Origin: Candidatus Hydrogenedentota bacterium
GTDB taxonomy: Bacteria; Hydrogenedentota; Hydrogenedentia; Hydrogenedentales; SLHB01
Reading direction: 5' to 3'
Length of the DNA stretch: 64,000 bases
Assembly: GCA_045863335.1 (NCBI GenBank)
Contig: BTVY01000006.1
Location: forward strand, 64,001-128,000
Positions 18,995-28,214 of this stretch are shown here, piece after piece. Both the position numbers and the translations under genes were made by a program. The notes beneath the pieces are model-generated. The model ran no database searches. It saw only the letters and a program-made list of their open reading frames with translations, and was not told the DNA's origin. Each line of letters opens with the position of its first letter. Position 1 is the first letter of the stretch.

Positions 18995-20470
18995 ATGGAC
19001 AAGGATCTTTCGCGGCGGAATTTCATGAAAGCAACGGGCGCTACGGCGGGCATTGCCATCGCGGCGGGATGGTCCCCTCTTTCCTACGCGCAGAATGAAC
19101 GCGTACGGGTCGCCATGATCGGCACCGGAAGCCAGAACTGCATTCATCTCGAAGACGGCCTGGCGGGCGCGCAGGAGATCGACGTGGTCGCCATCGCCGA
19201 CTGCCTGAAGCCGAACCTCGCCAAGGGGTGGCACACGGCCGGCGGCAGCGAGGAGTTGAAGAAACACCTCTACCTCGACTACCGCGAGATGCTGGACAAG
19301 GAAAAGGACAACATCGACGCGGTCATCATCGCCACGCCGTTCAAGACCCACTACCCCATCGTTATGGACTGTCTCGACGCAGGCAAGTATGTTTTCTGCG
19401 AAAAGACCATGGCCCACACGTATGAGTTCGCGCGCAACATCGTGCAGAAGTGCCACGAGACCGGCCTCTTCGTCCAAAACGGCCACCAGCGCCGTTACAA
19501 CCTCGAGTACAACCACGCCGCCACCGACATGATCGAGAACGGCCGTCTGGGCCGCGTGGGCTTCATCGAAGCCCAGTGGCATCGAAACGGCGACTGGCGC
19601 CGTCCCCTGCCGCGTCTCAAGAACGGAGACGTTTATCAGCTCAGCGACGCCGAAAAGCAGTTCATCCAGGATTACGAGAAGCACGTCAATTGGCGGATCT
19701 ACGAAGAGTTTTCCGCGGGCCTCATGAGCGAGCTGGCCACGCATCACATGGAAGTCACGAACTTCCTGCTGGGCACGATGCCAAAGCGCGTCTGGGGCAC
19801 CGGCGGCATCGATTACTGGCGCGACGGCCGAACGACCTTCGACAATCTCGCCGTCACGTATGAATACGAAATGCGGCAGTCCACCTGCCATGGGTTCGGC
19901 CAGATCGACGCCCGCAACGATGAGCAGCGCGAGCGCATGCGCGAACAGAATCGTCCTTACACCTGCCGCGTCACGTGGTCGGGGTCGCTGCAGAGCGCCC
20001 ACAAGGGCGGCAGCATGCTGGTCATGGGGCACAAAGGGGCGTTCAAACTGCGCGAACGTTCCTCGGCGGATCAGGAAGGCTGCGTTTTCTATGGCGAGCC
20101 GCAACTCATCTGGCTGGATCCCGCGACGGGGCAACCGACCGAGGACAAGACCATCATCGAGGGCATCCGCGCCCGCGGCGAATCGCAGAAGTACACGCAG
20201 ATCGTCGACCAGGAGCCCATTCCGTTCGAGAACGAACTGGATGGCAGCATCTTCGACAAGACGCCGGACGTACGCCAGTTCGAGGCCTTCGCCAAACACA
20301 TCAAGGAAGGCGGCAAGCCGCGCACGAATGAGATGGTCGGTCTCATGGCCTCCATCTGCGACATCGCCGGACACGAAGCGGTCGCGACGGGCGAAGTCGT
20401 CGAGATAGACCCAGCCTTGTACGCCTTCGACTTCGAGACCCCGAACCCCTTCGAGTACGAGCAGGTATAA
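18995..20470 (+). CDS. Tat-exported Gfo/Idh/MocA family oxidoreductase
   Basis: SRRNFMK; VAMIGTG; DAVIIATP; VFCEK; GHQRRY; NWRIY; GLMSELATH. Confidence 0.9.
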   Translation: MDKDLSRRNFMKATGATAGIAIAAGWSPLSYAQNERVRVAMIGTGSQNCIHLEDGLAGAQEIDVVAIADCLKPNLAKGWHTAGGSEELKKHLYLDYREMLDKEKDNIDAVIIATPFKTHYPIVMDCLDAGKYVFCEKTMAHTYEFARNIVQKCHETGLFVQNGHQRRYNLEYNHAATDMIENGRLGRVGFIEAQWHRNGDWRRPLPRLKNGDVYQLSDAEKQFIQDYEKHVNWRIYEEFSAGLMSELATHHMEVTNFLLGTMPKRVWGTGGIDYWRDGRTTFDNLAVTYEYEMRQSTCHGFGQIDARNDEQRERMREQNRPYTCRVTWSGSLQSAHKGGSMLVMGHKGAFKLRERSSADQEGCVFYGEPQLIWLDPATGQPTEDKTIIEGIRARGESQKYTQIVDQEPIPFENELDGSIFDKTPDVRQFEAFAKHIKEGGKPRTNEMVGLMASICDIAGHEAVATGEVVEIDPALYAFDFETPNPFEYEQV

Positions 20471-20482
20471 GCAACATAACCG

Positions 20483-20523
20483 AGAAGCCCCGGCGCGGCA
20501 TGAACTGCGCCGGGGCTTCTTTT
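20483..20523 (+). terminator. Rho-independent terminator
   Basis: agaagccccggcgcg / tgcgccggggcttct stem followed by a T-run, just after the stop codon. Confidence 0.85.
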
Positions 20524-20580
20524 CCTTGTGCCGGCCCGTTCGGTGGATCGGCGTTTACAGTAATGGCGAATCACACCTTG

Positions 20581-20695
20581 GAGGTGCCACGAACTTCCCA
20601 CTCGTGATTCGAGGTGCCTCGGGCTTCCAGCCCGAGACTTGAGGTGTCATGGGCTTCCAGCCCATGACCCACACGGGCGGCACGCCCGTGGACTC
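20581..20695. repeat. Tandem array of REP-like hairpins with a 30-bp period, plus one inverted unit
   Basis: gaggtg at 20581, 20611 and 20641, each followed by a hairpin with a cttcc loop; inverted unit at about 20671-20695. Confidence 0.8.
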
Positions 20696-20771
20696 TTGAT
20701 CGCATTCAGCCTCGCGACGCGCTTTAACCGAAAAGCTCGGTCCAGCCTCATCCCGCACCGTTCCTGTCCCG

Positions 20772-21527
20772 TCATTCCGAAAACGGCGCTTGCCGGATTA
20801 GCCTCCCGAATCCCAGACGCCGGTGCAGGTAACAGATCCTCCCTCCGGGCCGTTCCTCCATCTCCGCACGCAGGCGTTCGCCAAAAGCCTTCTTGAAATC
20901 TTCCCGCGGGTATTGCTGCACGACCGCCCCGCGCGTCGCTTCGCCAATCGTCTCCGCATCCATCCCCACCACGTCCATCGCCGCGCCGGCGTGCAGCAGG
21001 TGCGCTTCCGCGCCGCACCGAAGAGGTACGACGATGTTCAGGTGCATCACGATGGCTTCGGCCAACGTATCCTGACGTTCCCGCGACCATGCCACCTGCC
21101 GCGCGAGCGCCCCGGCGCCCTGCACGCTGTCCAGGGAGAAACACTCCGCGTGCTCGGCACACCCCGCGTACGCCTTCGTCAAACCGAGGTCGTGCAACAA
21201 TGCGGCCACAAATAGGAGTTCGTTGTCGAACGATATGGACCGTACCTTCGCAAAAACATGTCCCCAGAGATACGTTCGATAACAGTGATTCAGCAAATAC
21301 GGCGGCGAGACTTCCTGGCACAGCAGTGCAGCTTGCCTCGCGGCCTGCGTATCGGGCGCCGTCACCGCTTCGAGATCGATGTCGATAGGAATGTCTGCCG
21401 CTCGAAAACGCCGCAACAAACGACGCGCCTGCACGCGCAATCCTTGGCCCATCAACGCGAACCGATCGGCGGCTGTTAACCGGCCCATCGTGCGCAAGGC
21501 CCATACTTGTGATCCCACACCCTTCAC
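20772..21527 (-). CDS. HD domain protein (cyanamide hydratase-like family)
   Basis: GTG start with GGGAGA RBS; LLNHCYRTY, AALLHDLG, AIVMH. Confidence 0.8.
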   Translation of the reverse strand: MKGVGSQVWALRTMGRLTAADRFALMGQGLRVQARRLLRRFRAADIPIDIDLEAVTAPDTQAARQAALLCQEVSPPYLLNHCYRTYLWGHVFAKVRSISFDNELLFVAALLHDLGLTKAYAGCAEHAECFSLDSVQGAGALARQVAWSRERQDTLAEAIVMHLNIVVPLRCGAEAHLLHAGAAMDVVGMDAETIGEATRGAVVQQYPREDFKKAFGERLRAEMEERPGGRICYLHRRLGFGRLIRQAPFSE

Positions 21528-21556
21528 GAAACGATCTCCCACGACCCGGCCAATCG

Positions 21557-22786
21557 CTAACCGGCCTTCGCACCGTGTGCGTTCCGCAGTGACCGCGCGG
21601 AAACGCCGAGCACCACCATCCCCGCGATGCCCGCGATTGTGCACGATCCCATGAACAGCCGTAGTCGCTCCGGATCCGCCTCCGCCGCGCCCCCGGTGCC
21701 CACCGACATTACAAGCAGTACTGCCGCGAAGGAAAGCCGCCCCGCCAGGCTTTGCATGGACAAGTAAGTCGCCCGCTGCGCCTGCGGCACGCGGGGCGCA
21801 ATCGCGGCATTGAGAGGGGCGGTCATCAATGCGCGCGGACAGCTCCGCAAGAGAATGAGCAGCACGATGGCTGGATGGATCACGAGCGCCATCGCCGCCA
21901 TGATGACCAGTTGCAGCGCAGTACTCGATAACAATGCAGCCGCGAGACCCCACCGGTCCCGGAGTTTCACGCTGCCTGACGCCGCCCATGAGGCGGCCAT
22001 CATCGATAGGGCCGTGACGACTCCGGAAACGAGGGGTGTACTCGAAATCGTGACTTCCCACTTGCGCAGCAGGAGATCAAGATAGGGCTGGTAGAAGATG
22101 TACGGCATGTGGTTCAGCACGGTCATGAGAACGTAAAAAGCGAATAGCCACAGCAGCGCCGGTTCACGCAGATACGACGCGCAGGCGCGCAATTGCCGCG
22201 TAATGCCTTCGCCCAGCGAAGCCCGCTTCTCCAGCACGGTCGGCTCCACGAAGCTCAGCACGATGCCGATACCTGTCAACGCAGCGAGAAAGGCGAGTGC
22301 ATAGGCATACCGGAGTTCGACCATCGCAATCGCGCCACCACACACCGCCGCGAACGCGCCGCCCAGGAAGGCCCGGTTCACGGCGCGTGCTTCCCAGTCC
22401 GCAAATTCCTCCTCGCAATCGAGTCCGACCAGCGTGTCGTACAGGAAGGAGGTATCCGTTCCGGAATTGAAAGCCAGTCCTATCGCGAGACAGACTTGGG
22501 CGAGCGCAAAGACGATGAATTGATCCCCGAAAAAGAACAACCCGTGCGCGGCCGCAATGGCGATGGTCGCGATGAGCAAGGTGGGACGTCGCCCCATGCT
22601 GTCTGATACGTAGCCAGACGGCACTTCGAGTATAACGACGGCGATGTAGTATATAGCCTCCAGCCGCAACACGTCCGCCAGCGAAAACCGCGAGGAAAAG
22701 TAGAGAAAAAACACCGGCAACCAGAAGTGTGCGCTGAACACCGCCCGAAACCAGGGGTACATGCGCGCATTGCGTTCCAGTGACAT
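21557..22786 (-). CDS. MFS transporter
   Basis: LEVPSGYVSDSMGRR motif A, FNSGTD, about 12 hydrophobic segments. Confidence 0.9.
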   Translation of the reverse strand: MSLERNARMYPWFRAVFSAHFWLPVFFLYFSSRFSLADVLRLEAIYYIAVVILEVPSGYVSDSMGRRPTLLIATIAIAAAHGLFFFGDQFIVFALAQVCLAIGLAFNSGTDTSFLYDTLVGLDCEEEFADWEARAVNRAFLGGAFAAVCGGAIAMVELRYAYALAFLAALTGIGIVLSFVEPTVLEKRASLGEGITRQLRACASYLREPALLWLFAFYVLMTVLNHMPYIFYQPYLDLLLRKWEVTISSTPLVSGVVTALSMMAASWAASGSVKLRDRWGLAAALLSSTALQLVIMAAMALVIHPAIVLLILLRSCPRALMTAPLNAAIAPRVPQAQRATYLSMQSLAGRLSFAAVLLVMSVGTGGAAEADPERLRLFMGSCTIAGIAGMVVLGVSARSLRNAHGAKAG

Positions 22787-22874
22787 GCATCTCCTTCCCG
22801 TGACTCGATCCGCCGCCGCATGATAGCATGGGTGTTTCGGTAAGGTCTTGGTGTCCTGAGGAGGGATTTTTCAA

Positions 22875-24029
22875 ATGCGCGAAGCCTATATCGTCGAAGC
22901 CGTTCGCACCCCCGTCGGCCGTGGCCGGGAAGACGGCGCGCTCCATGGTGTCCATCCCGTCGATCTGCTGGCCACGACGCTCAGCGAGTGTGTGAAGCGC
23001 GCTGGCATTGAGAAACGTGATGTGGAAGACATCATTGCGGGCTGCGTCTCGCCCATGGACAAACAGGGGGCCAACATCCCGCGGCTGGCCTTGCTCAAGG
23101 CGGGCTTTCCAGTGGAAGTACCGGGCGTGCAGATCAACCGCATGTGTGGTTCGAGCCAACAGGCCGTTCATTTCGCAAGCCAGGCCGTCGCGGCCGGCGA
23201 CATGGATCTCGTCATCGGTGCCGGCATTGAGATGATGGGCGTCGTGCCCATGGGCAGCGATTGGGGCGTGTTGGAAAAGGAGTTTTTGTCGAGCTTTCCC
23301 TATCCGCTCGAATCGATGGGCATCTGCGCGGAGAAGATCGCGGCGAAATGGAATCTCTCCCGGCGCGAACTCGACGAGTTCTCGGCGGAAAGCCACAACC
23401 GCGCCGCGAACGCGATTGAGAAAGGCTACTTCAAATCGCAGATCGTGCCCATCGAAGTGCGCACGAACGGCACGACACGCGTGGTCGATACGGACGAGGG
23501 GGTGCGTCCCAACCCGAGTATCGAGAAGATGATGTCGTTGAAAACGGTGTTCAAAGAAGACGGCGTCATCACCGCGGCGAACGCAAGCCAAATCTCCGAC
23601 GGCTCGGGCGCGATCCTGATCGCGTCGGGCGAAAAGGCGGACGCCATGGGCTTGAAGAAGCGTGCGCGGGTGGTGGCTCGGGTTGTCGTTGGCAGCGATC
23701 CCGAACTGACGTTGACGGGTCCGATTCCCGCGACGCAAAAGGTTCTCGCACGGGCCGGACTCACCATCGGCGACATGGATGCGATTGAGATCAACGAGGC
23801 CTTTGCGAGCGTCGTGCTCGCGTGGGCGCGCGAGTTGAAGCCGGACATGGCCAAGGTAAACCCCAATGGCGGCGCCATCGCGCTCGGACATCCCCTCGGC
23901 GCGACCGGGTCCATCCTCATGACCAAGCTGCTCCACGAACTCGAGCGTACCGGCGGCCGCTACGGATTGCAGACCATGTGCATCGGCCACGGCATGGCGA
24001 CCGCGACGATCATCGAACGGGCTGGGTAA
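22875..24029 (+). CDS. Thiolase (acetyl-CoA C-acyltransferase)
   Basis: RTPVG, INRMCGS, INEAFA, GGAIALGHPLGATG, MCIGHG. Confidence 0.95.
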   Translation: MREAYIVEAVRTPVGRGREDGALHGVHPVDLLATTLSECVKRAGIEKRDVEDIIAGCVSPMDKQGANIPRLALLKAGFPVEVPGVQINRMCGSSQQAVHFASQAVAAGDMDLVIGAGIEMMGVVPMGSDWGVLEKEFLSSFPYPLESMGICAEKIAAKWNLSRRELDEFSAESHNRAANAIEKGYFKSQIVPIEVRTNGTTRVVDTDEGVRPNPSIEKMMSLKTVFKEDGVITAANASQISDGSGAILIASGEKADAMGLKKRARVVARVVVGSDPELTLTGPIPATQKVLARAGLTIGDMDAIEINEAFASVVLAWARELKPDMAKVNPNGGAIALGHPLGATGSILMTKLLHELERTGGRYGLQTMCIGHGMATATIIERAG

Positions 24030-24047
24030 TGTATATGCTCACCCGCA

Positions 24048-24093
24048 GATGGGACACATCGGACAGATCGGACGGATCAGTCCGATCCGTCCG
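24048..24093. repeat. Nonamer array (GATCGGACN), self-complementary
   Basis: gatgggaca catcggaca gatcggacg gatcagtcc gatccgtcc. Confidence 0.75.
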
Positions 24094-24127
24094 GTTAACG
24101 CGAAACTACAGTGGGAACTGAACCACG

Positions 24128-25018
24128 ATGTACATCTCCATACGCGACGATATGCTGGTCCAGGCCGGCTTCACTAATGTGGCCGAAGGCGCGAAACGGA
24201 TAGGCGTCAATGCCATCGAAGTCGAGCTGGATCAGGACTTCATGGTTTACTGTTTGGATTCGACGGATTCGACACTACGCGCGGACCTGGAGACCGACGA
24301 AGGCGTCGCGTTGTACAAGAAGCATCTCGAAGCCCTCGGTGTTACGGCCTGCGCATTCCTTACTGCGCGCGATTTCAGCATGGGCGACCTGGAGTCCAAC
24401 ACGCGCTGGGTTGCGCGCGCCTTGGAGATCGCGGAGCAAATGGGCATGGCGTCCATCCGCATCGATTCCGCCATGAAGCGCGAGCGCGAACTCGATTTCA
24501 CCACGCGCGTCGATCTCTTTGCCAAAGGTCTCGGCGGCGCACTGGAGCGCACCGCCGGCATGAAGGTCGCCATGGGCATCGAGAACCACGGCTTCCAGGG
24601 AAACAACCTCGCCTTTCTCTTGAACGTGTTTCGGATCGTAGGCTCGGACCGTCTCGGCTCCACGATGGACACCGGCAACTTTTACTGGCGCGGGTACCCC
24701 CTTTCGGAAGTCTACGGCATTCTCCAACTCCTGGCGCCGTACACCAAGCACACTCATCTCAAGAACATTCGCTACCCCAAGGACAAGCGGGAGACCATCC
24801 GCGAAGCGGGCTGGGAGTATGGCGCTTACGTCTGCCCCCTCTACGACGGTGACATCGACCACGGACGCGTGTTGCAGATTCTGGCCGACGCTGGCTATTC
24901 CGGAAACATCTGCATCGAGAACGAATCGCTCGGCAAATGCGCCAACGACGAAGAGCGGCAGTCGGTGCTCAAACGCGAGGTGGAACACCTCCGGGAAAAG
25001 TTGGCGACCCTTGGCTGA
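24128..25018 (+). CDS. Sugar phosphate isomerase/epimerase family TIM-barrel protein
   Basis: GIENHG, DTGNF, HTHLKN, GDIDH, ICIENE. Confidence 0.9.
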   Translation: MYISIRDDMLVQAGFTNVAEGAKRIGVNAIEVELDQDFMVYCLDSTDSTLRADLETDEGVALYKKHLEALGVTACAFLTARDFSMGDLESNTRWVARALEIAEQMGMASIRIDSAMKRERELDFTTRVDLFAKGLGGALERTAGMKVAMGIENHGFQGNNLAFLLNVFRIVGSDRLGSTMDTGNFYWRGYPLSEVYGILQLLAPYTKHTHLKNIRYPKDKRETIREAGWEYGAYVCPLYDGDIDHGRVLQILADAGYSGNICIENESLGKCANDEERQSVLKREVEHLREKLATLG

Positions 25019-25028
25019 TCCAAACCCC

Positions 25029-25475
25029 ATGCAAGCGTTCCCGCAATGGAAACTTCTCGGGCTCATGCTCGCGGGTATCGCGCTGGTAGGATGCTCCGTC
25101 TACTTCGCACAGCGGTGGAACGTGATCCAGCGGCTCTCGCTCGATTTCCGCGGCGAACGCGCGGAGGGATCGGCCGAGCGCGTTGACGAGACTTCCTACC
25201 GGCTGCGCCTCGACATGGGGGACCGCATCCTAAGCCGGACCTACGACGGCGGCTTCGGCGTTCAACCCACCGGAGATCGCGTCTTTGACGTCACCATGGC
25301 CTACGACCCCGCCGATCCCACCGACTTCCAGCCCGCGACAATTTCGTACCTCCCGGGAATCGTTGTCGGCCTGCTGTTCGCCTTCGGCATGAGTTCCATC
25401 CTGTACGCGCGCCGCATCGTACAGCGGGTACGCCGGGCGCAGAATTCTTCCTTAAGATCAGGAAAGAACACGTGA
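25029..25475 (+). CDS. Hypothetical membrane protein (DUF3592-like layout)
   Basis: TM helix, RGERAEG, YDPADP, second TM helix. Confidence 0.6.
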   Translation: MQAFPQWKLLGLMLAGIALVGCSVYFAQRWNVIQRLSLDFRGERAEGSAERVDETSYRLRLDMGDRILSRTYDGGFGVQPTGDRVFDVTMAYDPADPTDFQPATISYLPGIVVGLLFAFGMSSILYARRIVQRVRRAQNSSLRSGKNT

Positions 25476-25658
25476 TAGCCATGTCTTGCGCATAACTCGT
25501 TTGGCTTATCAAGCGAAACCAAAAACTGGTTTCTGAGTCCGCCGCCAAGGGTCAAATGGACAGCACGGACCCGTTTTCACTATACTCTCACCTATTTGGC
25601 GCATACGACTAACTTCGCAGACGTCGCCATTCACCCACGCGGGAAAGGTTTTCGTTTC

Positions 25659-28196
25659 ATGGCTAAGAAACTCATGGTGGTCCCGGCGGAAGTACGGAAG
25701 AGTTCCGTGCTGGAACTGGGGTCCATTCCGGTAAATGTCTACAACAAGTCGCTCGCGGAGGAACTGGAAGGCAATCCCGACGTGACGCCCGCGCGCTGCA
25801 TGCGCGCCTACCGCGACATGGCACTCATCCGCGAGTTCGAGACCATGCTTGACGAAATCAAAAAGCTGGGCTCCTATCAGGGACTCGAGTACAAGCACGC
25901 TGGTCCGGCTCATCTCTCTATCGGTCAGGAAGCCTCGGCGGTGGGCGAGTGCTATCACCTTTCCATCGATGACCATATTTTCGGTAGCCACCGGAGTCAC
26001 GGCGAGATCATCGCCAAAGGGCTCGCCGCGGTACACGAGGCCAAAGGCGCCAGCCTCGAAAAGATCATGCGCGAGTACTTTGACGGCGTCATCCTCGGCA
26101 TCGTCGAAGGCGACGGCGAGAAACCGGCGGCGCTGAACGTGCCCAGCGGCAATGGGAAGACCCTGCTCAAAGGCGACGACGAAGAAGAGCTCGGCATCGA
26201 CTTTTTGCTGTACGGCCTCCTCGCCGAGATCTTCGGACGTGAGACGGGCTTTAACAAGGGCATGGGTGGTTCCATGCATGCCTTCTTCATCCCCTTCGGC
26301 GTGTACCCCAACAACGCCATCGTGGGCGGCAGCGCGGACATCGCCACCGGCTCGGCCCTCTACAAAAAAATCATGCGCAAGCCCGGCATTACGGTCGCCA
26401 ACATTGGCGACGCCTCCATCGGCTGCGGCCCAGTTTGGGAAGCCATGGGCTTCGCCGCCATGGGCCAGTACACAAACCTCTGGGAACCGGAATTCAAAGG
26501 CGGCCTTCCCATCATCTTCAACTTCATGAATAACTTCTACGGCATGGGCGGCCAGCCCATCGGCGAGACCATGGGCTTTGAACGCCTCGCGCGCGCGGGC
26601 GCGGCCATCAACCGCGAGAACATGCTGGCCGAGTGCGTGGACGGCAACAACCCGCTCAGCCTGGCGGATGCGTACAAGCGCAAGATTGCCGCCATCCGCG
26701 AGGGACGCGGGCCCGCGCTGCTGGAAGTCGTGTGTTACCGCCAGTCAGGGCACTCGCCAAGTGACCAGTCCTCGTACCGCGAGCGCGAAGAGATCGAAAT
26801 GTGGCGTCAGGTAGATCCGCTTCTGGAGTTTGGCCAGAAGCTCATCGATGCGGGCGTCGCTTCGGAAGACGATCTCAAAGCCGTAGGCGAGTACGCTACG
26901 CGAAAGGTTGTCAAAGCGCTACGCCTCGCCGCCGATATCAAAACCTCGCCGCGCATGACCCTCGGACCCGGCATCGGCCTCGATGTGTTGACGTTCTCCA
27001 ATGAAATGATGGAAACCCTTCCCGGTCTGGACCGGAAGGACGACGTATCCATGCCGCTCGAAGAGAATCCCCGGGTCCAGCAGATTGCGAAGAAATCCCG
27101 CAGCGGCATCGGTCCCAAAGGCGAGATTCTCAAGGAAGGCAAGGCGGTCAGCTTCCGCGACGGATTGTTCGAAGCGATCGCGCACCACTTCTACAACGAT
27201 TCGCGCGTCGTGGCCTACGGCGAAGAAAACCGCGATTGGGGTGGCGCCTTCGCCGTGTACCGCGGCCTCACGGAAGCATTGCCCTATCATCGTCTTTTCA
27301 ATTCTCCCATCTCGGAAGGCGCCATCATCGGCACCGCCGTCGGCTACGCCCTCGAAGGCGGCCGGCCCCTCGTGGAACTCATGTACTGCGACTTCATGGG
27401 CCGCAGCGGCGACGAGATCTTTAACCAGCTTCCCAAATGGCAGGCTATGTCCGGCGGGTTCTGCAAGATGCCCGTCGTGGTGCGCGTCTCCGTGGGCAGC
27501 AAGTATGGCGCACAACACTCGCAGGACTGGACCGCCCTCTGCGCCCACGTGCCGGGATTGAAAGTCGTTTTCCCGGCGACGCCATACAGCGCAAAGGGCC
27601 TCATGGCGTCCGCCTTGAGCGGCAGCGATCCCGTCGTCTTCTTCGAGAGCCAGCGTATCTACGACATCACGGAACAGTTCCATCCGCAAGGCGTGCCCTC
27701 CGAATACTATCGTGTGCCGATCGGAGTGCCCGAAGTGCTCAAGGAAGGCAACGACCTGACCATTCTGACCTTCGGCGCGACGTTGTACCGGGCAGCCGAA
27801 GCCGCCAAGCGGTTTGAAGAGGAGTTCGGCATCTCCGTCGAACTCATCGACGGCCAGACTCTCGTCCCCTTCGATTACGAGGTTCTAGTCAATTCTGTGA
27901 AGAAGACCGGCAAACTCATCCTGGGAAGCGACGCGTGCGAACGCGGCAGCTACCTCCACACGATTGCGGGCGAGATCACGCAGATGGCATTCGATCACCT
28001 CGACGCGCCCGTGTGCGTCGTCGGCGCGGAGAATTGGATCGTACCGCCAGCCGAATTGGAGGAAGCCTACTACCCGCAGGCGTCCTGGTTCCTGGACGCG
28101 TATCACGCCCAGATCAAGCCGCTGGCGGGGTATGCACCCACGTCTGAACGCGGCGGTAACGCGAAATTGCGCCGGTCTACGTATGGAGTAGTTTAG
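25659..28196 (+). CDS. Fused 2-oxoacid dehydrogenase E1 alpha/beta (TPP-dependent)
   Basis: HLSIGQE, SHRSHG, KGMGGSMH, GDA...NN, YRQSGHS; beta part NSPISE, GAQHSQ, PVVFFE. Confidence 0.9.
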   Translation: MAKKLMVVPAEVRKSSVLELGSIPVNVYNKSLAEELEGNPDVTPARCMRAYRDMALIREFETMLDEIKKLGSYQGLEYKHAGPAHLSIGQEASAVGECYHLSIDDHIFGSHRSHGEIIAKGLAAVHEAKGASLEKIMREYFDGVILGIVEGDGEKPAALNVPSGNGKTLLKGDDEEELGIDFLLYGLLAEIFGRETGFNKGMGGSMHAFFIPFGVYPNNAIVGGSADIATGSALYKKIMRKPGITVANIGDASIGCGPVWEAMGFAAMGQYTNLWEPEFKGGLPIIFNFMNNFYGMGGQPIGETMGFERLARAGAAINRENMLAECVDGNNPLSLADAYKRKIAAIREGRGPALLEVVCYRQSGHSPSDQSSYREREEIEMWRQVDPLLEFGQKLIDAGVASEDDLKAVGEYATRKVVKALRLAADIKTSPRMTLGPGIGLDVLTFSNEMMETLPGLDRKDDVSMPLEENPRVQQIAKKSRSGIGPKGEILKEGKAVSFRDGLFEAIAHHFYNDSRVVAYGEENRDWGGAFAVYRGLTEALPYHRLFNSPISEGAIIGTAVGYALEGGRPLVELMYCDFMGRSGDEIFNQLPKWQAMSGGFCKMPVVVRVSVGSKYGAQHSQDWTALCAHVPGLKVVFPATPYSAKGLMASALSGSDPVVFFESQRIYDITEQFHPQGVPSEYYRVPIGVPEVLKEGNDLTILTFGATLYRAAEAAKRFEEEFGISVELIDGQTLVPFDYEVLVNSVKKTGKLILGSDACERGSYLHTIAGEITQMAFDHLDAPVCVVGAENWIVPPAELEEAYYPQASWFLDAYHAQIKPLAGYAPTSERGGNAKLRRSTYGVV

Positions 28197-28214
28197 AGGG
28201 AGAAGTTGCCCCGA

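Noticed and set aside
18722-20374. Long antisense ORFs (also 9659-11173, 15182-16870, 22164-23990, 39102-40403)
   Set aside because: Shadow frames of well-supported genes in high-GC DNA, with no recognisable motifs.
20581-20695. Possible mini-CRISPR array
   Set aside because: Units abut without unique spacers, the repeats differ, and there are no cas genes.
20772-22061. 429-aa extended version of the HD protein, and similar over-long starts for M48, PIG-L, waaF and coaD
   Set aside because: The extensions overlap neighbouring genes or repeats; downstream starts have better RBS, promoter or domain-boundary support.
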